From the NCBI GenBank assembly GCA_002269645.1, contig NIVC01001315.1:186001-250000 (forward strand): a stretch of 64,000 nt of DNA, read 5' to 3'. Shown here one piece after another: positions 1-11,161 of this stretch (positions are counted from its first letter, which is position 1; each line of letters opens with the position of its first letter). Source of the stretch: Macrostomum lignano. Lineage: Eukaryota. A model generated the notes under the pieces. It saw only the letters and a list, made by a program, of their open reading frames with translations. It did no database searches and was not told the origin of the DNA. Made by a program: the position numbers and the translations under genes.

Positions 1-195
1 CTGCCATCTCTTTGCCGCGCCCCGGCTTGCAGAGTCAGTTTTGCTGCTTCTATTCGCACGTTGTCCTTAAACTCTGCAGTTTTTTATTGCTACTCAAGCA
101 GAAATACATATGTGCGGCTTTTACACTGAGAACGCGTTTGAATTGTCTTGAGACAGAAAAAAATGCATTTATTTTGGTCTCGTTTCGTCATTTTG

Positions 196-688
196 TATCC
201 ATCTTTTGAGCCGCTCTCAAGCATGGACTTAAACATATCCATCTTTTTAGCTGCTCTCAAGCATGGACTTGAACATATCCATCTTTTGAGCCGCTCTCAA
301 GCATGGACTTGAACATATCCATTTTTTGAGCCGCTCTCAAGCATGGACTTGAACATATCCATTTTTTGAGCCGCTCTCAAGCATGGACTTGAACATATCC
401 ATCTTTTGAGCCGCTCTCAAGCATGGACTTGAACATATCCATTTTTTGAGCCGCTCTCAAGCATGGACTTGAACATATCCATTTTTTGAGCCGCTCTCAA
501 GCAATGGACTTGAACATATCCATTTTTTGAGCCGCTCTCAAGCATGGACTTGAACATATCCATTTTTTGAGCCGCTCTCAAGCATGGACTTGAACATATC
601 CATTTTTTGAGCCGCTCTCAAGCATGGACTTGAACATATCCATTTTTTGAGCCGCTCTCATGCATGGACTTGAACATATCCATTTTTC
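196..688. repeat. Minisatellite, ~12 copies of a 40-bp unit TTTTGAGCCGCTCTCAAGCATGGACTTGAACATATCCATT
   Basis: Head-to-tail near-identical copies with no spacers. Each unit contains two short inverted repeats (TTGAG-N5-CTCAA and ATGGA...TCCAT). Confidence 0.95.
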
Positions 689-3327
689 GAACACATCGGA
701 ATGCATATTTCCTGGTATTTATTAAAGAACAGCATATGTTTAAGGCCAGTCCATGCTTGATATGTATAGGCCATTCCATGGCCATATTCGGTTCAAAACT
801 TGTTAATAAATGAAATAATAGCAGATGGTCCAGATGGCTAAAGAAATGAAGATAATTCTTATAAAGAATGCAGGTAGATAGATGACTACATAATGCTTGT
901 TATACTGATTGATGATCTTATTTTACTATTACTACCTAACATTACTTATGCGGGGGTTTCTGAAATCAGAATTTATCGCGATACAGTGCTGGCTCTCGAT
1001 CATTTCATTAACATCGAAGCCAAATTCATGTTGAGGTCGAGCGTGTATGAGCCAAGGAGTCTATGTAATAATCACAAAAAACTCGCATGCTCTGATATTT
1101 GATCCAATTTAAAAACGGTTAGTAATTATTTTAATAAGAATTTGTTATATTGTATAATTTTCTAAGCACATATTTTAATTTGTGGGTCTGTATAAAAGCT
1201 GACTCAAGCGCCCTGGAAGCTGCACATGTACAGTCCTCAAGAGCTTATTGTAAAGCTTAGTCAGCATCACCCTGGTGAACCCTAGCGTTATATAATCCCG
1301 TTAAAACGATACCATGACAAGAATCGCTAAAAAGTCGTTGCAAACAACTCTCTAGTGGCTCTAGCGACTTTGGAGCGACTCTTGTGACTTTTTAACGATC
1401 TGAACGCGTCTAATGTAACGGAAGGGGCAATTTGAGCTGTACACAATGGGCACCGCAAGCCATGCGCCTGTTTTAGTTCCCCACCTTCATCAACTTTATC
1501 CAGATCTGTTTTATTTGGTGTTCTCGCCATTGCTGTGTGTGGCAACCTCGGATCTGCAATATTATTCATATATTTTAAGTTCCTCATCTTGGCATGTAGA
1601 TTATCGTCCTACTCCACACTTGAGCGTTCAGTTTCAGTTGAATGCTGAAATTTGTTTTTAATCTGACGCTTTTTCCTGAGTGGCCCTGGCTGTCTCGCTG
1701 AGAATCTAGGGCAGTGCACCCTGCTGTGTGCTCATAATTCTGTCGCTTGTTCATTTGGCATTTTAAGCAGAGATTTTTTGCCAATATTCTGATCAACGAA
1801 TATAATTATAGCATTATATTTTTAGTACCTTAGGTATATGGATTTAGTATGTGGATACTGCGGCTTTTCGTCTACTTTCTTTTTTCTGCTTCACTGCTTG
1901 TTTCATCATGACAGATTTGGCGCACTTTGACAGGACTTTTGGATTGGAGCCTCAGTGGGTCTTTATCACACAACCTCAGCTAAAATTGAAATTTTCCGAC
2001 TGTTTGTTTTTACTCTTTTAGCGCACCGTCAGTTTATTTTTGTGTGCAGAGTGCAGACCGATTCTGTAGCAAATTGTTGTAATAAATGCGAATCTGTGCA
2101 AGATTATCAACACTGTGGCGCTTATGCTGTCTCTTGCGTTTATTTGCAATGATTTATCGATCCTGTGCTCAGCCCCAATGCCAGGCATCAAAGGAAGTTG
2201 ATCAAAACCCAATACTCAAGGGTAGTTGCTCAGAATTCCAACGCTCAAGAGGAACTTGGCTCGATGCCAAGTCTTGAGGCAAATTGGTAAAACACCGAAA
2301 ATTGGTAAAACATGGGAATTGGTGAAACACCGAGTCTCAATGGGAATTGGCCAAGCCCCGAGTCTCTATGGGAATTGGTAGAAGGCCGTCTCTACGGGAA
2401 TTAATAAAAAACTAAAAGCCACATTTGCCGTGTTGGAATTTGAATTGTCAATTGCCAAGAACTCAGGGAACCGTGCAGTGTATTTGCTTGCTGTCTGAAG
2501 TCCGGGAGCTGTCTGTAGTATGCAAGGCCCCAGGGGGCGGGCATTCCAGTCTAGCGGACAAGCTCCAGTCTTTGTGCCGCACTCTGCCCAATGCTTTGGC
2601 AATTTGCCCAACCAGCGCCCGCAGTGCCGGCTGGCCAGCGTCAAAATTGTTGTCTTGGGCGATGTCGACGTCGGCAAGACGGCCCTGCTGCACCGGCTGG
2701 TTCACAGCGGTTACCATGGAGACGGTATCTATCGGGCCACCATCGGCTCGGATCTGCTGATGAAGCGGCTGGTGCTGAACTGCAGAGCCGAGGTGACGCT
2801 GCAGCTGTGATTGCTGGCCGGGCAGGAGCGGTTCAGGTCGCTTAACCGCGCCTACTTCAGAGGGGCCGACGGCCGCATTTGCGCCTGAGTATTTGTTCTG
2901 GCATGCAAGCCAGACAAAATCATTGCGTATTGAAAGATGGGGTTGGGGCGCAGCATCCAAGTTCCTCATTGTAAACCACTCATGGGGGCTCATCATAGCC
3001 TCGACGGCGGTTTCCGAATTGCGGGTCGTGTGGAAAATAGTTAATAATCAAAACTAAATCTCTGGCTGTTATAGCATTTCTATATAAGCGTTAAAATTCG
3101 TATCAGTAGTAGAAAAGCCTTGCTTTGCGATCGGATTGAAGTAGAGACTGTACTCTCTACGCCAGGCTTCCATCTTCAACGACATCGTCAGGGGATTCTG
3201 CCAGTTCCATAGCTATCCCCTTGGGGGGCCTTGACTTACTTGACTTAGCTGCAGGGCTGTCCCGGAGGGGACACAGCGGGAAGGCGCGGGCGCCCATTCC
3301 GCTAGTCCCTGAACGGCCGACGCGTCG

Positions 3328-4323
3328 CTATGGACGGAGGGTTGGCGCCGCCCAGGGAGGTCCCCCAGTGTCGCCAGCAGCTATAGTGCTCTCTGGAAAG
3401 GAGAGTTCAGCCCTGCGGGTGGCCCGAAGGTAGCGCATGAGCTGATTAAAGTTTTCGGGTTTGCACGCTTCAGTAATAGATGTGTGTGGCCCGAGGTAAG
3501 TGAGTCTGGCCCGCGTGAAGGCGGGACAGATGCTGACGAAATGCTCAGCGGTTTCGTCACCTGAGTTGCAAAAACTACAGGTGGCGTTGGTGGCGTTGCC
3601 CTGCAGGTACTGGTGCCTGGAGAAGCAGCCGTGACCAGAGAGGGTCATGGTGGCAGCCCGGATGTCTCTGCGCGAGAGGCGCAAGAGGAGCTTCCGGAGC
3701 TGGTGAGAGGGCTGAGGGACAGTGCCTCTGGATTGCCTGCAGTTCGTGCGGTTCGCCCAAGTCGAGCGGTGCTGAGTCCTGATCCACGCATCCGGGTTCC
3801 ATTGGTCATTGATGTTATCGCGCGAGTCGATAGCTACGGAGAAGCGCTGTCTCAGGTTGAGCGTTGAGGCAATGCCATCGGTGAAGACGCGATTGGCCTG
3901 ACACTCGTTGAGAAAGTTGAGGCACAGATCGCTATGCGGGACAAGGTTCCGCTTAGCAGGTGCTCTCATGTAAATGAATTTGACACCGGCATCAATTAGA
4001 CGCCGCGTCGTTCTAGCCGCCTCATTCCTGATGAAGAGGTCAAGAGGCGGAAGATTAAGGAAGGCCCCCATGCCAGCAAAGGGCGTGGACCTGGTGGCGT
4101 TGCAGATGAGCCTACACGCTCTGCCTTGGATCGTGTTGAGCAGGTCTGCATGGCTTTTGACCTGGGTAGCGCTAACCCAGACAACAGAGGCGTACGTAAT
4201 GGCAGGTCTAACTACGGAAGTATAGATCCACCAAAGCCGCTTTGGGGATAGACCCCAAGAAGTGCCAAGTGCTCGTCGGAGCTGGGCCAGGATGGCTGAG
4301 GCACGCTTGGCTTTTGCTTTCAC
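3328..4323 (-). CDS. Retroelement C-terminal part (RT thumb/linker and CCHC zinc motif); RNase H missing
   Basis: WIYTSVVRPAITYASVVW, LNLPPLDLFI, LSGHG...CSFC...ETAEHFVSICPAF. No RNase H DGS/E/D/GHxG...NExAD motifs. Confidence 0.8.
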   Translation of the reverse strand: MKAKAKRASAILAQLRRALGTSWGLSPKRLWWIYTSVVRPAITYASVVWVSATQVKSHADLLNTIQGRACRLICNATRSTPFAGMGAFLNLPPLDLFIRNEAARTTRRLIDAGVKFIYMRAPAKRNLVPHSDLCLNFLNECQANRVFTDGIASTLNLRQRFSVAIDSRDNINDQWNPDAWIRTQHRSTWANRTNCRQSRGTVPQPSHQLRKLLLRLSRRDIRAATMTLSGHGCFSRHQYLQGNATNATCSFCNSGDETAEHFVSICPAFTRARLTYLGPHTSITEACKPENFNQLMRYLRATRRAELSFPESTIAAGDTGGPPWAAPTLRP

Positions 4324-6620
4324 GTGGAGGACCAGTTGAGCCGGTGGTCAAGTATGACCCCGAGACATCTGGTCTGGTGCGCGAAGGCAATATCTCTGCC
4401 GTAGAGCTGCAGAGGACGTATGTTCCAGCGTAGTCTGCTGGTAAACATAATGGCAACGGTTTTGGGCTCAGAGAGTTCCAGACCATTGTCATTGGCCCAG
4501 GATTCTGCTTTGCGGATAAAGCTCTGCATCAGATCCCTGAGCGTGCTGGGAGACGGTCCTGCCACAATGGCCGTGACGTCATCAGCATACCCGACTTTGA
4601 AGACGGGGTCGGGTCGGGAGTCACTCAAAAGAGCGTCCATGACCAGGTTCCAGAGCGTCGGGGTGAGGACTCCGCCTTGGGGTCCACCCTTACAGACTCT
4701 GGTGGAGGCAGTTTGCCCAAGAAGTTGGGCAGTGACCGTACGGTTGGAGATCATGTACATGATCCACCGTATGAGGGTAGCATGAGCTTTGCGATTTTGA
4801 AGGGCCCTCTGAAACGCTTCAAAGATAACGTTGTCGAAGGCGCCAACAATGTCAAGAAAGAGAGCCAGAGCGTAACCGTCACCCAGTACCGCCCTTTCAA
4901 TCTTCTCGACAATCGCATGCAGGGCGCTGTCAGTCGACCTCCCGGTACGGAAGGCGTGCTGATTATTGCTGAGGGGCATCGCTGTCAGCTCGCAGGACAG
5001 CAGCCGCCAGAGAATAAGCCTCTCAGTGAGCTTAAGCATTGCTGACGTTAAGCTAATAGGCCGGAAGGCCTTGACGCTTTGGTAGTCACCCTTCCCAGGT
5101 TTGGGAATAAAGACTACCCGAGCTTCAGTCCAGCATTTGGGAACGTATCCCAGCTGGATAGAGGCCCGCATAAGATTGCGGGTGAGTCTCAGGAACGAGA
5201 GTATCTTGGCTGCTTCACGAAGGAGAACAGGGTAGATACCATCAGGTCCAGGAGATTTGAAGGGTTTGAAGGTTCTGACCGCACGAGCGATTAGGTCTTC
5301 AGTGACAATGCCCGCCGCTAGGGTGGCTCCATCCATCGAATGGTTGGGCTCCGGTCTAGCAGTAGGTACCCTCGGGAAGAATGTGCTAAGCATATGCTGA
5401 AGCACTTCTTCAGGGTCTTTAGTAAGAGAGCCATCATCTTTTTTTATCATGGCTAATTTGGCAGTAGCCTTCCCTTTGGCAGACTTTCCTCGGCGCATCT
5501 TGAGCTTGAGGGCACCCAGCTGGAAAGAGGATCCATTAGGGTACCGACTCGCCCAAGTGCTGGAAAGGCCGAGGACAATTGAGTTGCCCGTCTCCCCCCT
5601 GCGGACTTTGCGGTGATACACCAGTCCACTAGCAGGGAGGTCGGGGTTCAGACGCAGTAGGACCCGGCGAATAACGTCTGGTCCAGCTGCGGTGCTCTTA
5701 GCAGGGACGAAAACCACATAGGGTATCGTCTTTGGACGCTGGCCCCCGCGAAGAAAAAGAGCTCCGCCAAGGTCAGCATCCAAGGAGACCGTCGGTAGCC
5801 GCTGGAGCAGCTGCCGAGCGTCCTCCTCGCTGCTAGGAGCAATAAGAACGAATGTGCTTCGCAGCACCATCCGCTCAATGCCGATGGAGATTCCCTCCTC
5901 GACAGTCAGCTCAATCAGATAGGAGTCAACAGCACTCCACACTTTTTGAAGCTGATCAGTGGTCCAGTCCTGGTCGCGACCTTGGATGATCACTCCCGGG
6001 ATTTTGGCCTTGGCCTTCGCCGCAAAGGTAGCTCCCGAAGGAACCTCCTTGTTGGCAGTGGCCATTTGTTGCGCCGTGGTTTCGGCCTCAGCAGCCGCAG
6101 CAGCATCTCCAGGGAGCGCCGCCGCTGAACTACCGGAGCTTCCACCGGCCGGCCCGTCTGGTTGCCTTGGGACGCCAGTCGCTTCAGCATCCATGGCGGA
6201 CGCCGCCGCTTTGGCCCCCGCAGCTCCCTTCTTGGCCTGCCTTTTGGCGCGTTGTTTAGCGCGTTTGCGCTCAAGCCGAGCCCGCTGAGCTTCATCGGAT
6301 CTGCCAGATTTGGCCGGTCCTTTAGGCTCAGAGCTTGCGGTTCCCTTAGATCCACCAGCGGAGCTGGCAGGTCTTTGGGTATTTTGAGTTTGGTAGCTCT
6401 GGTCGGATCTGCCAGCAGAGCCAGCCGGTCCTTCCTTTGCCACGGTTGAATCAGTCGGTTGGGATCTGCCAGCAGGGCCGGCCGGTCCTTCGGACTGAGG
6501 TTTCGGTTTAGAAGGTTCCCCGTCCCTAGAAAAAGCTTGGTTATCCATAGTCGGCTCGAAGGCCATGAAAGGTTGGTGGGCTACCCTCAAAGGGGCGCGG
6601 TACCCACCCGGCCGCTCCAC
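4320..6620 (-). CDS. Retroelement ORF: gag-like ORF1 fused in frame to reverse transcriptase; no AP endonuclease
   Basis: 766-aa ORF. A low-complexity basic N-terminus and gag-like region run directly into LAMIKKDDGSLTKDPEEVLQHML and the RT. It ends at a 1-nt frameshift (TCCTCCACGTGA; ...NWSSHVKAKAKR expected). Confidence 0.85.
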   Translation of the reverse strand: MERPGGYRAPLRVAHQPFMAFEPTMDNQAFSRDGEPSKPKPQSEGPAGPAGRSQPTDSTVAKEGPAGSAGRSDQSYQTQNTQRPASSAGGSKGTASSEPKGPAKSGRSDEAQRARLERKRAKQRAKRQAKKGAAGAKAAASAMDAEATGVPRQPDGPAGGSSGSSAAALPGDAAAAAEAETTAQQMATANKEVPSGATFAAKAKAKIPGVIIQGRDQDWTTDQLQKVWSAVDSYLIELTVEEGISIGIERMVLRSTFVLIAPSSEEDARQLLQRLPTVSLDADLGGALFLRGGQRPKTIPYVVFVPAKSTAAGPDVIRRVLLRLNPDLPASGLVYHRKVRRGETGNSIVLGLSSTWASRYPNGSSFQLGALKLKMRRGKSAKGKATAKLAMIKKDDGSLTKDPEEVLQHMLSTFFPRVPTARPEPNHSMDGATLAAGIVTEDLIARAVRTFKPFKSPGPDGIYPVLLREAAKILSFLRLTRNLMRASIQLGYVPKCWTEARVVFIPKPGKGDYQSVKAFRPISLTSAMLKLTERLILWRLLSCELTAMPLSNNQHAFRTGRSTDSALHAIVEKIERAVLGDGYALALFLDIVGAFDNVIFEAFQRALQNRKAHATLIRWIMYMISNRTVTAQLLGQTASTRVCKGGPQGGVLTPTLWNLVMDALLSDSRPDPVFKVGYADDVTAIVAGPSPSTLRDLMQSFIRKAESWANDNGLELSEPKTVAIMFTSRLRWNIRPLQLYGRDIAFAHQTRCLGVILDHRLNWSST

Positions 6621-8441
6621 CTGACCGGGCAGTAGGCCAATAGCACCCTCAAGGCTGGCCCGACACCAGGAGGGGGACCGCTTGCGACCGGACTACTCCC
6701 CGGCCTTCCAGCCCATCGGCACGGTCAACACCTTAGGCATTAGAGAGTACGTTGAGCAGTACCACGGCCTGCAGGTTGGCGAGCCAGACCCGCATACCCA
6801 AATTCGGCCGAAGCCACTGGATAGGGTCGCCAGCGCCGGAGCCCAGTCTGTCCAGCAGCCCTAGGGACTGCCTTGAACACACGCGGGGACGAGTACCCTG
6901 GGTCGACTTGCGAGACAGCGTGGGGGGGTCTGCGGCTGCCAGAGGCAAATAGAGGGTGCAGACCTCCCACCAGCCTTGACCTGCTGAAGATAGGGGCAGG
7001 CGTGAAGCATCGCAGACCTTAGCCCATGGGCCTAGTCTGTCTCATACTTCACTGGCATGCTGAATACGCCTTCGCGCGCCCCTGGGGGGCCAGCACAGAG
7101 AATAAAGGCTGTGAACTTTTAAATCGGGTCTAAAGAAAATGGATTGACCAATCAGATCGCCTGGCAGCTCCGCCCCGCTCCTCCCGCAGTGTTCGACCTG
7201 ACCGCCAGCCTTGCCTCCCTGACACACTGGCGCCAGGAATTCGACTCGGAACGGTCCGGGTTCGAATCCGCGGCCGCCTTGCCGCCGCTGCTGTTGCTGG
7301 GTAACAAGGCCGACCTGCCCACGGGCAGCCGGGCGGTTTCCGGCCGATGCGTCGCCGCCTGGCGCAGCGCCCAGCAGCTGCCTAGCGATGCCGAGCGCTA
7401 CTTCGAGTGCTCCGCCAAGACTGGCCTGAATGTTGAGGCCGCCTTCCGCCACCTGGCCGCTGCCTGCCTGTCACGGAGGCGCCACCCGATGGAGGCCGGC
7501 CTGCGGCTCGCGCTGACTAACGGAACAGGCGACAGCGCCTCCGGCTGCGTGTGCCGCCCAGCCTGAATTTCCCACCAAATCTCAGGGGGGAGAATTTCTG
7601 TTTTATGCGACTCTGCAGTATTAGCCTTTTTGGCCCATTGCTCAGCGGGTGCTTTGGGTAAGCTGGGCATCACTGTCACGCAGCTATAAAAAGTACAGCG
7701 GACGGTCAGAGAGGAACCCGGCTCCAAAAAAAGGCTTATGAAAATGAACTCATGCACAGGCTTGAGCCGATACCTACGTGGTCCATCAGTAAAAAATGGA
7801 AAAGCGTGAAGAGTATTTCTCCCTTTGCTATCTGGCGGCAGTCTGCTTGCTCAGTATTTGTTTGAACAGAAGCAGCAGAGCAAGCCTGTGCTTGTTAGTT
7901 TTTAGTCCGATTTCTGTCCGTAAAAAAGATACTCTGCTGCATGCATAAGAAAGCAATGTAAAGTTTTTATCAAATATACCCTACCTGACTGACTGTCAAA
8001 TGTATAAATGTTTCATAAATTCACTACACATCACATATTGGTTCCGATTTGAAAGAATGATTTTTTATTACTGCCATTTTGTCTCTCTGCTACTGCCATT
8101 CCAGCCCTTGGATGCCTGCCGCTTTAATCTCACCTTGAGTCTGCACTGGTAATGACGGAGTTCGCAAATTGGATAATTAGAGCTTACATACAAACATGTA
8201 TATCGCTTTTCTCGAATCACTATTGACTGTCCTGACGCTGACAGAACAAATTAAAGGATGAAATTTCCTATACATTTTCACTTCAACTCCACGGCCATCA
8301 TGCATGACAGCTCGAGCTAATGAGCTGCAGGTATCTCTGACAGGTAGGCGACCGCATGCAGCAGCCTCGGTGTCGAGTTTCCAGTATTGGCCATAAAAGC
8401 GCATTTGGGCAGCCACGGCCTCAGCAACTGTTTTGAAGCAA

Positions 8442-10065
8442 ATGACGGCGCCGGGCGAAAATTCCTCGGCTGACACAGCGGGCGATGAAGAAGAGCCGAG
8501 CCCGAAGTGGCAGCTGCGCTACTGGCCCAACGTGCCTGGCAGAGCGGAGTTCATCCGCCTCATCCTGGTGGAAGCTGGGCAGGAGTTCAGCGAGCACTGC
8601 GACCCCGAGGCCATCTACCTGGACTTCAAGTGTCAGCAGAAAATTGGCTGGCCTGTGTTTGCTGTGCCCATGATAAAGCAGGGTGAGGGAGGCTGCTGTG
8701 CCCATGATAAAGCAGGGTGAGGGAGGCTGCTGTGCCCATGATAAAGCAGGGTGAGGGAGGCTGCTGTGCCCATGATAAAGCAGGGTGAGGGAGGTTGCTG
8801 TGCCCATGATAAAGCAGGGTGAGGGAGGTTGCTGTGCCCATGATAAAGCAGGGTGAGGGAGGTTGCTGTGCCCATGATAAAGCAGGGTGAGGGAGGTTGC
8901 TGTGCCCATGATAAAGCAGGGTGAGGGAGGTTGCTGTGCCCATGATAAAGCAGGGTGAGGGAGGCTGCTGTGCCCATGATAAAGCAGGGTGAGGGAGGTT
9001 GCTGTGCCCATGATAAAGCAGGGTGAGGTTGCTGTGCCCATGATAAAGCAGGGTGAGGGAGGTTGCTGTGCCCATGATAAAGCAGGGTGAGGTTGCTGTG
9101 CCCATGATAAAGCAGGGTGAGGGAGGTTGCTGTGCCCATGATAAAGCAGGGTGAGGTTGCTGTGCCCATGATAAAGCAGGGTGAGGGAGCTGTGCCCATG
9201 ATAAAGCAGGGTGAGGGAGGTTGCTGTGCCCATGATAAAGCAGGGTGAGGGAGGTTGCTGTGCCCATGATAAAGCAGGGTGAGGGAGGCTGCTGTGCCCA
9301 TGATAAAGCAGGGTAAAGCATAATATAAATTAAGTTATCCCAAAGAAGTTATCCCAAAGTTTACACTATTGTTTACCAAAGTCTTAAGTTAAATAGAGAG
9401 GAGTTTCGTAGAGGTAAATTCTGGATTCTGTTGGATGGACGGCGGGTGCTGGCATCTCTTACTGCACTTTTAGAAAGTAGAGCTGCAGCTGCAGCACTGA
9501 TGAGGCTACTTCGGACTGATGTTGGCCGATATTTCACCTCCCAGGCGACTTCGAGCTGGGCCAGACAGCCACCATCTGCCGCTACCTGGCCGAGCGGCTC
9601 GGCCTGCTGCCCGATGGCGAGCCGGACCGCTGGCGGGCCGACCAGACCTGCGCCACCGTCATGGACTTCATCACGGAGGGCCGGCTGGCCTTCCACGGCC
9701 GCAACTTCTACGAGTCGTACTTCGGCCAGGAGGCGGAGACGCGGCCCTACATTGACTATTTTGAGCGGCACCGGCTGCCCAAGTTCCTGCGCCACTTCGA
9801 GCAGGTGCTCAGCTTCAACGCGGCCAACTGGGACGCTTCTGGCGGCGGCCGGTTCGTCGTTGGCCGGCGGGTGACCTACTGCGACCTCTGCCTGCTGCAC
9901 GTGCTGCGTGCTGCGGAGTCGCAGTTTCCGGCCGCCTGGGCCCGCAGCATCGGCGACTGTCCGAGGCTGGCCGAGTTCAAGGCCGGAATGGAGGACCGAC
10001 CGAGAGTTCGAGACTACCTGAGCTCGGCCAGGTGCAAGCCGTTTCAGGGGAACAGCATGATGTGA
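8442..10065 (+). CDS. Glutathione S-transferase (sigma-like), 2 exons 8442-8682 and 9545-10065, 253 aa
   Basis: WQLRYWPNVPGRAEFIRLILVEAG; FAVPMIKQG|DFELGQTATICRYLAERLGL; VTYCDLCLLHVL; RPRVRDYLSS. Phase-1 intron GTGAGG...CTCCCAG; total 762 nt. Confidence 0.92.
8661..9316 (+). repeat. Minisatellite, ~20 copies of a 34-bp unit GCTGTGCCCATGATAAAGCAGGGTGAGGGAGG(C/T)T spanning the GST exon 1 end and donor
   Basis: The first copy encodes AVPMIKQG and contains the donor. A few copies are 30 bp. Confidence 0.95.
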
Positions 10066-10408
10066 TGGGGCCGGGCCATTGGTAGACTGCAGATGGATCA
10101 TCGCTATAAACTACAGGCGTTCGATCTTTACTACATTAATTTGCCCGTAGTTTTAAGACAAATGAAGTGCAGCTTCTTGGTGATGGTGCTTTGTCACGAA
10201 TAAAGGCAAGTTCGGTTGCTCGATCAAATACTTGAATATTAGCGAATGTGAAGATTACTAATCACGTTAAATTAAAAGCATTGCATATTGCTTGAAATTC
10301 ACTGATCACATGCAGCACAGCATCAAGATTGCTTCTTTATCGGGAATTGTTGGACCGCATTCGGCACTGAAGAGTTGGAACGAAGTTTAACTGAGCTTCT
10401 GGTGCTAC

Positions 10409-10668
10409 CGACACCTCTCCTGACCTCCTGTGGGCACCACCGCTCCCGATCTCCTTCAGTGGGCATCACCGCTCCCGACCTCCTTCAGTGGGCCCACCGC
10501 TCCCGACCTCCTTCAGTGGGCCCACCGCTCCCGACCTCCTTCAGTGGGCACCACCGCTCCTGACCTCCTTCAGTGGGCACCACCGCTTCTGACCTCCTTC
10601 AGTGGGCACCACCGCTCCTGACCTCCTTCAGTGGGCACCACCGCTTCTGACCTCCTTCAGTGGGCACC
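10409..10668. repeat. Minisatellite, ~9 copies of a 27-29-bp unit CACCGCTCCTGACCTCCTTCAGTGGGCAC
   Basis: Direct tandem copies visible. Confidence 0.9.
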
Positions 10669-11161
10669 AACACAAGCCTCAGCCTACAACGCTAGTCTTG
10701 TTCGTACGCCAATGTGCGTTTCAAGCAAGACCTAGAAGGAAGATATATTGTGCACTAAAATGAAGTCAAGCAGACGCACTGTTTGTCATGAATTCCTCAT
10801 GTTTTTATTTATTTAACTAAGTCTCCTTAAATTATGATCCATATTTATTTTATAACATTTAAATAGAATTGTTTCCATCAAATTTTAATTGATAAGATCA
10901 GGGAAAAATCATGACGAACTTACAGGTAAAATTAGCACTTGGGATCATCTTTTGACTAAATTTCGCATAGCGCGTTTGCAAAAGAAATTACTGGGAGTTT
11001 TTCTAGCCTTTTTGAGGTTTTTGTGGGGATTTTGATGTCTAAGGACTGCATGCTTACACAGACTCAAGATTTGGAGCTTATGTTAATGCTGCTGTCTATG
11101 CGTGAGCAGTCTCTGATGGCGCTAGCTGGTCTTTTGGCCAATAAGGATGAACTTGGCATGC

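Larger units (their letters stand above)
3231..7078 (-). mobile_element. Non-LTR retrotransposon, LOA/R1-like, full-length ends but internally deleted
   Basis: TSD CCCC(T)TGGGGGGCC at 3217-3230 and 7079-7091. The 3' end has a TGTCCC-N4-GGGACA hairpin and an AAGTC/AAGT tail. RT motifs KSPGPDG, FRPISL, QHAFR, FLDIVGAFD, GGPQGGVL, YADD and a C-terminal CxxC...ETAEH...C motif are present. Clade assignment is from remembered motif style. Confidence 0.9.
2520..7566 (+). pseudogene. Rab-family GTPase (Rab7/Rab9/Rab32-like), two exons (~2520-2883 and 7190-7566), apparently disrupted; its intron hosts a retrotransposon
   Basis: G1 KIVVLGDVDVGKT and G2 YRATIG are present. G3 reads LQL*LLAGQERF, with TGA at 2808-2810 where WDxAGQE is expected. 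RAYFRGADG follows. Exon 2 after CCCGCAG (7187-7189) gives (V)FDLT...LLLGNKADL...FECSAKTGLNVEAAF. The expected phase-1 donor after 2883 reads CCTGAGT, not GTGAGT. Confidence 0.75.

Noticed and set aside
196-688. CRISPR-like array of palindromic 40-bp repeats
   Set aside because: No unique spacers, no cas genes and a eukaryotic context; it is a plain minisatellite.
1295-1415. Diverged similarity to 26425-26552 (AAGAATCGCTAAA...GACTCTTGTGACTTTTTAAC)
   Set aside because: Looks like an old interspersed repeat fragment; ends and family cannot be defined.
2808-2810. TGA read as Trp or Sec (alternative genetic code or readthrough) in the Rab gene
   Set aside because: The neighbouring Asp and the splice donor are also damaged, and other genes use TGG for Trp and TGA as stop.
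6621-7078. Self-cleaving ribozyme in the retroelement 5' UTR
   Set aside because: Only simple hairpins (e.g. CAGAC...GCCCATGGGC...GTCTG) are visible; I could not assemble an HDV-like double pseudoknot or hammerhead core by eye. A covariance-model search would be needed.
8421-9321. Long minus-strand ORFs over the GST intron (and similar ORFs at 26702-27371, 30203-31130, 32891-34457, 34880-35441, 36073-37969, 39946-42025, 42989-44169, 45931-47231, 53146-53798, 58210-58742)
   Set aside because: Stop-free translations of tandem repeats lying in introns or spacers; no independent coding signal.
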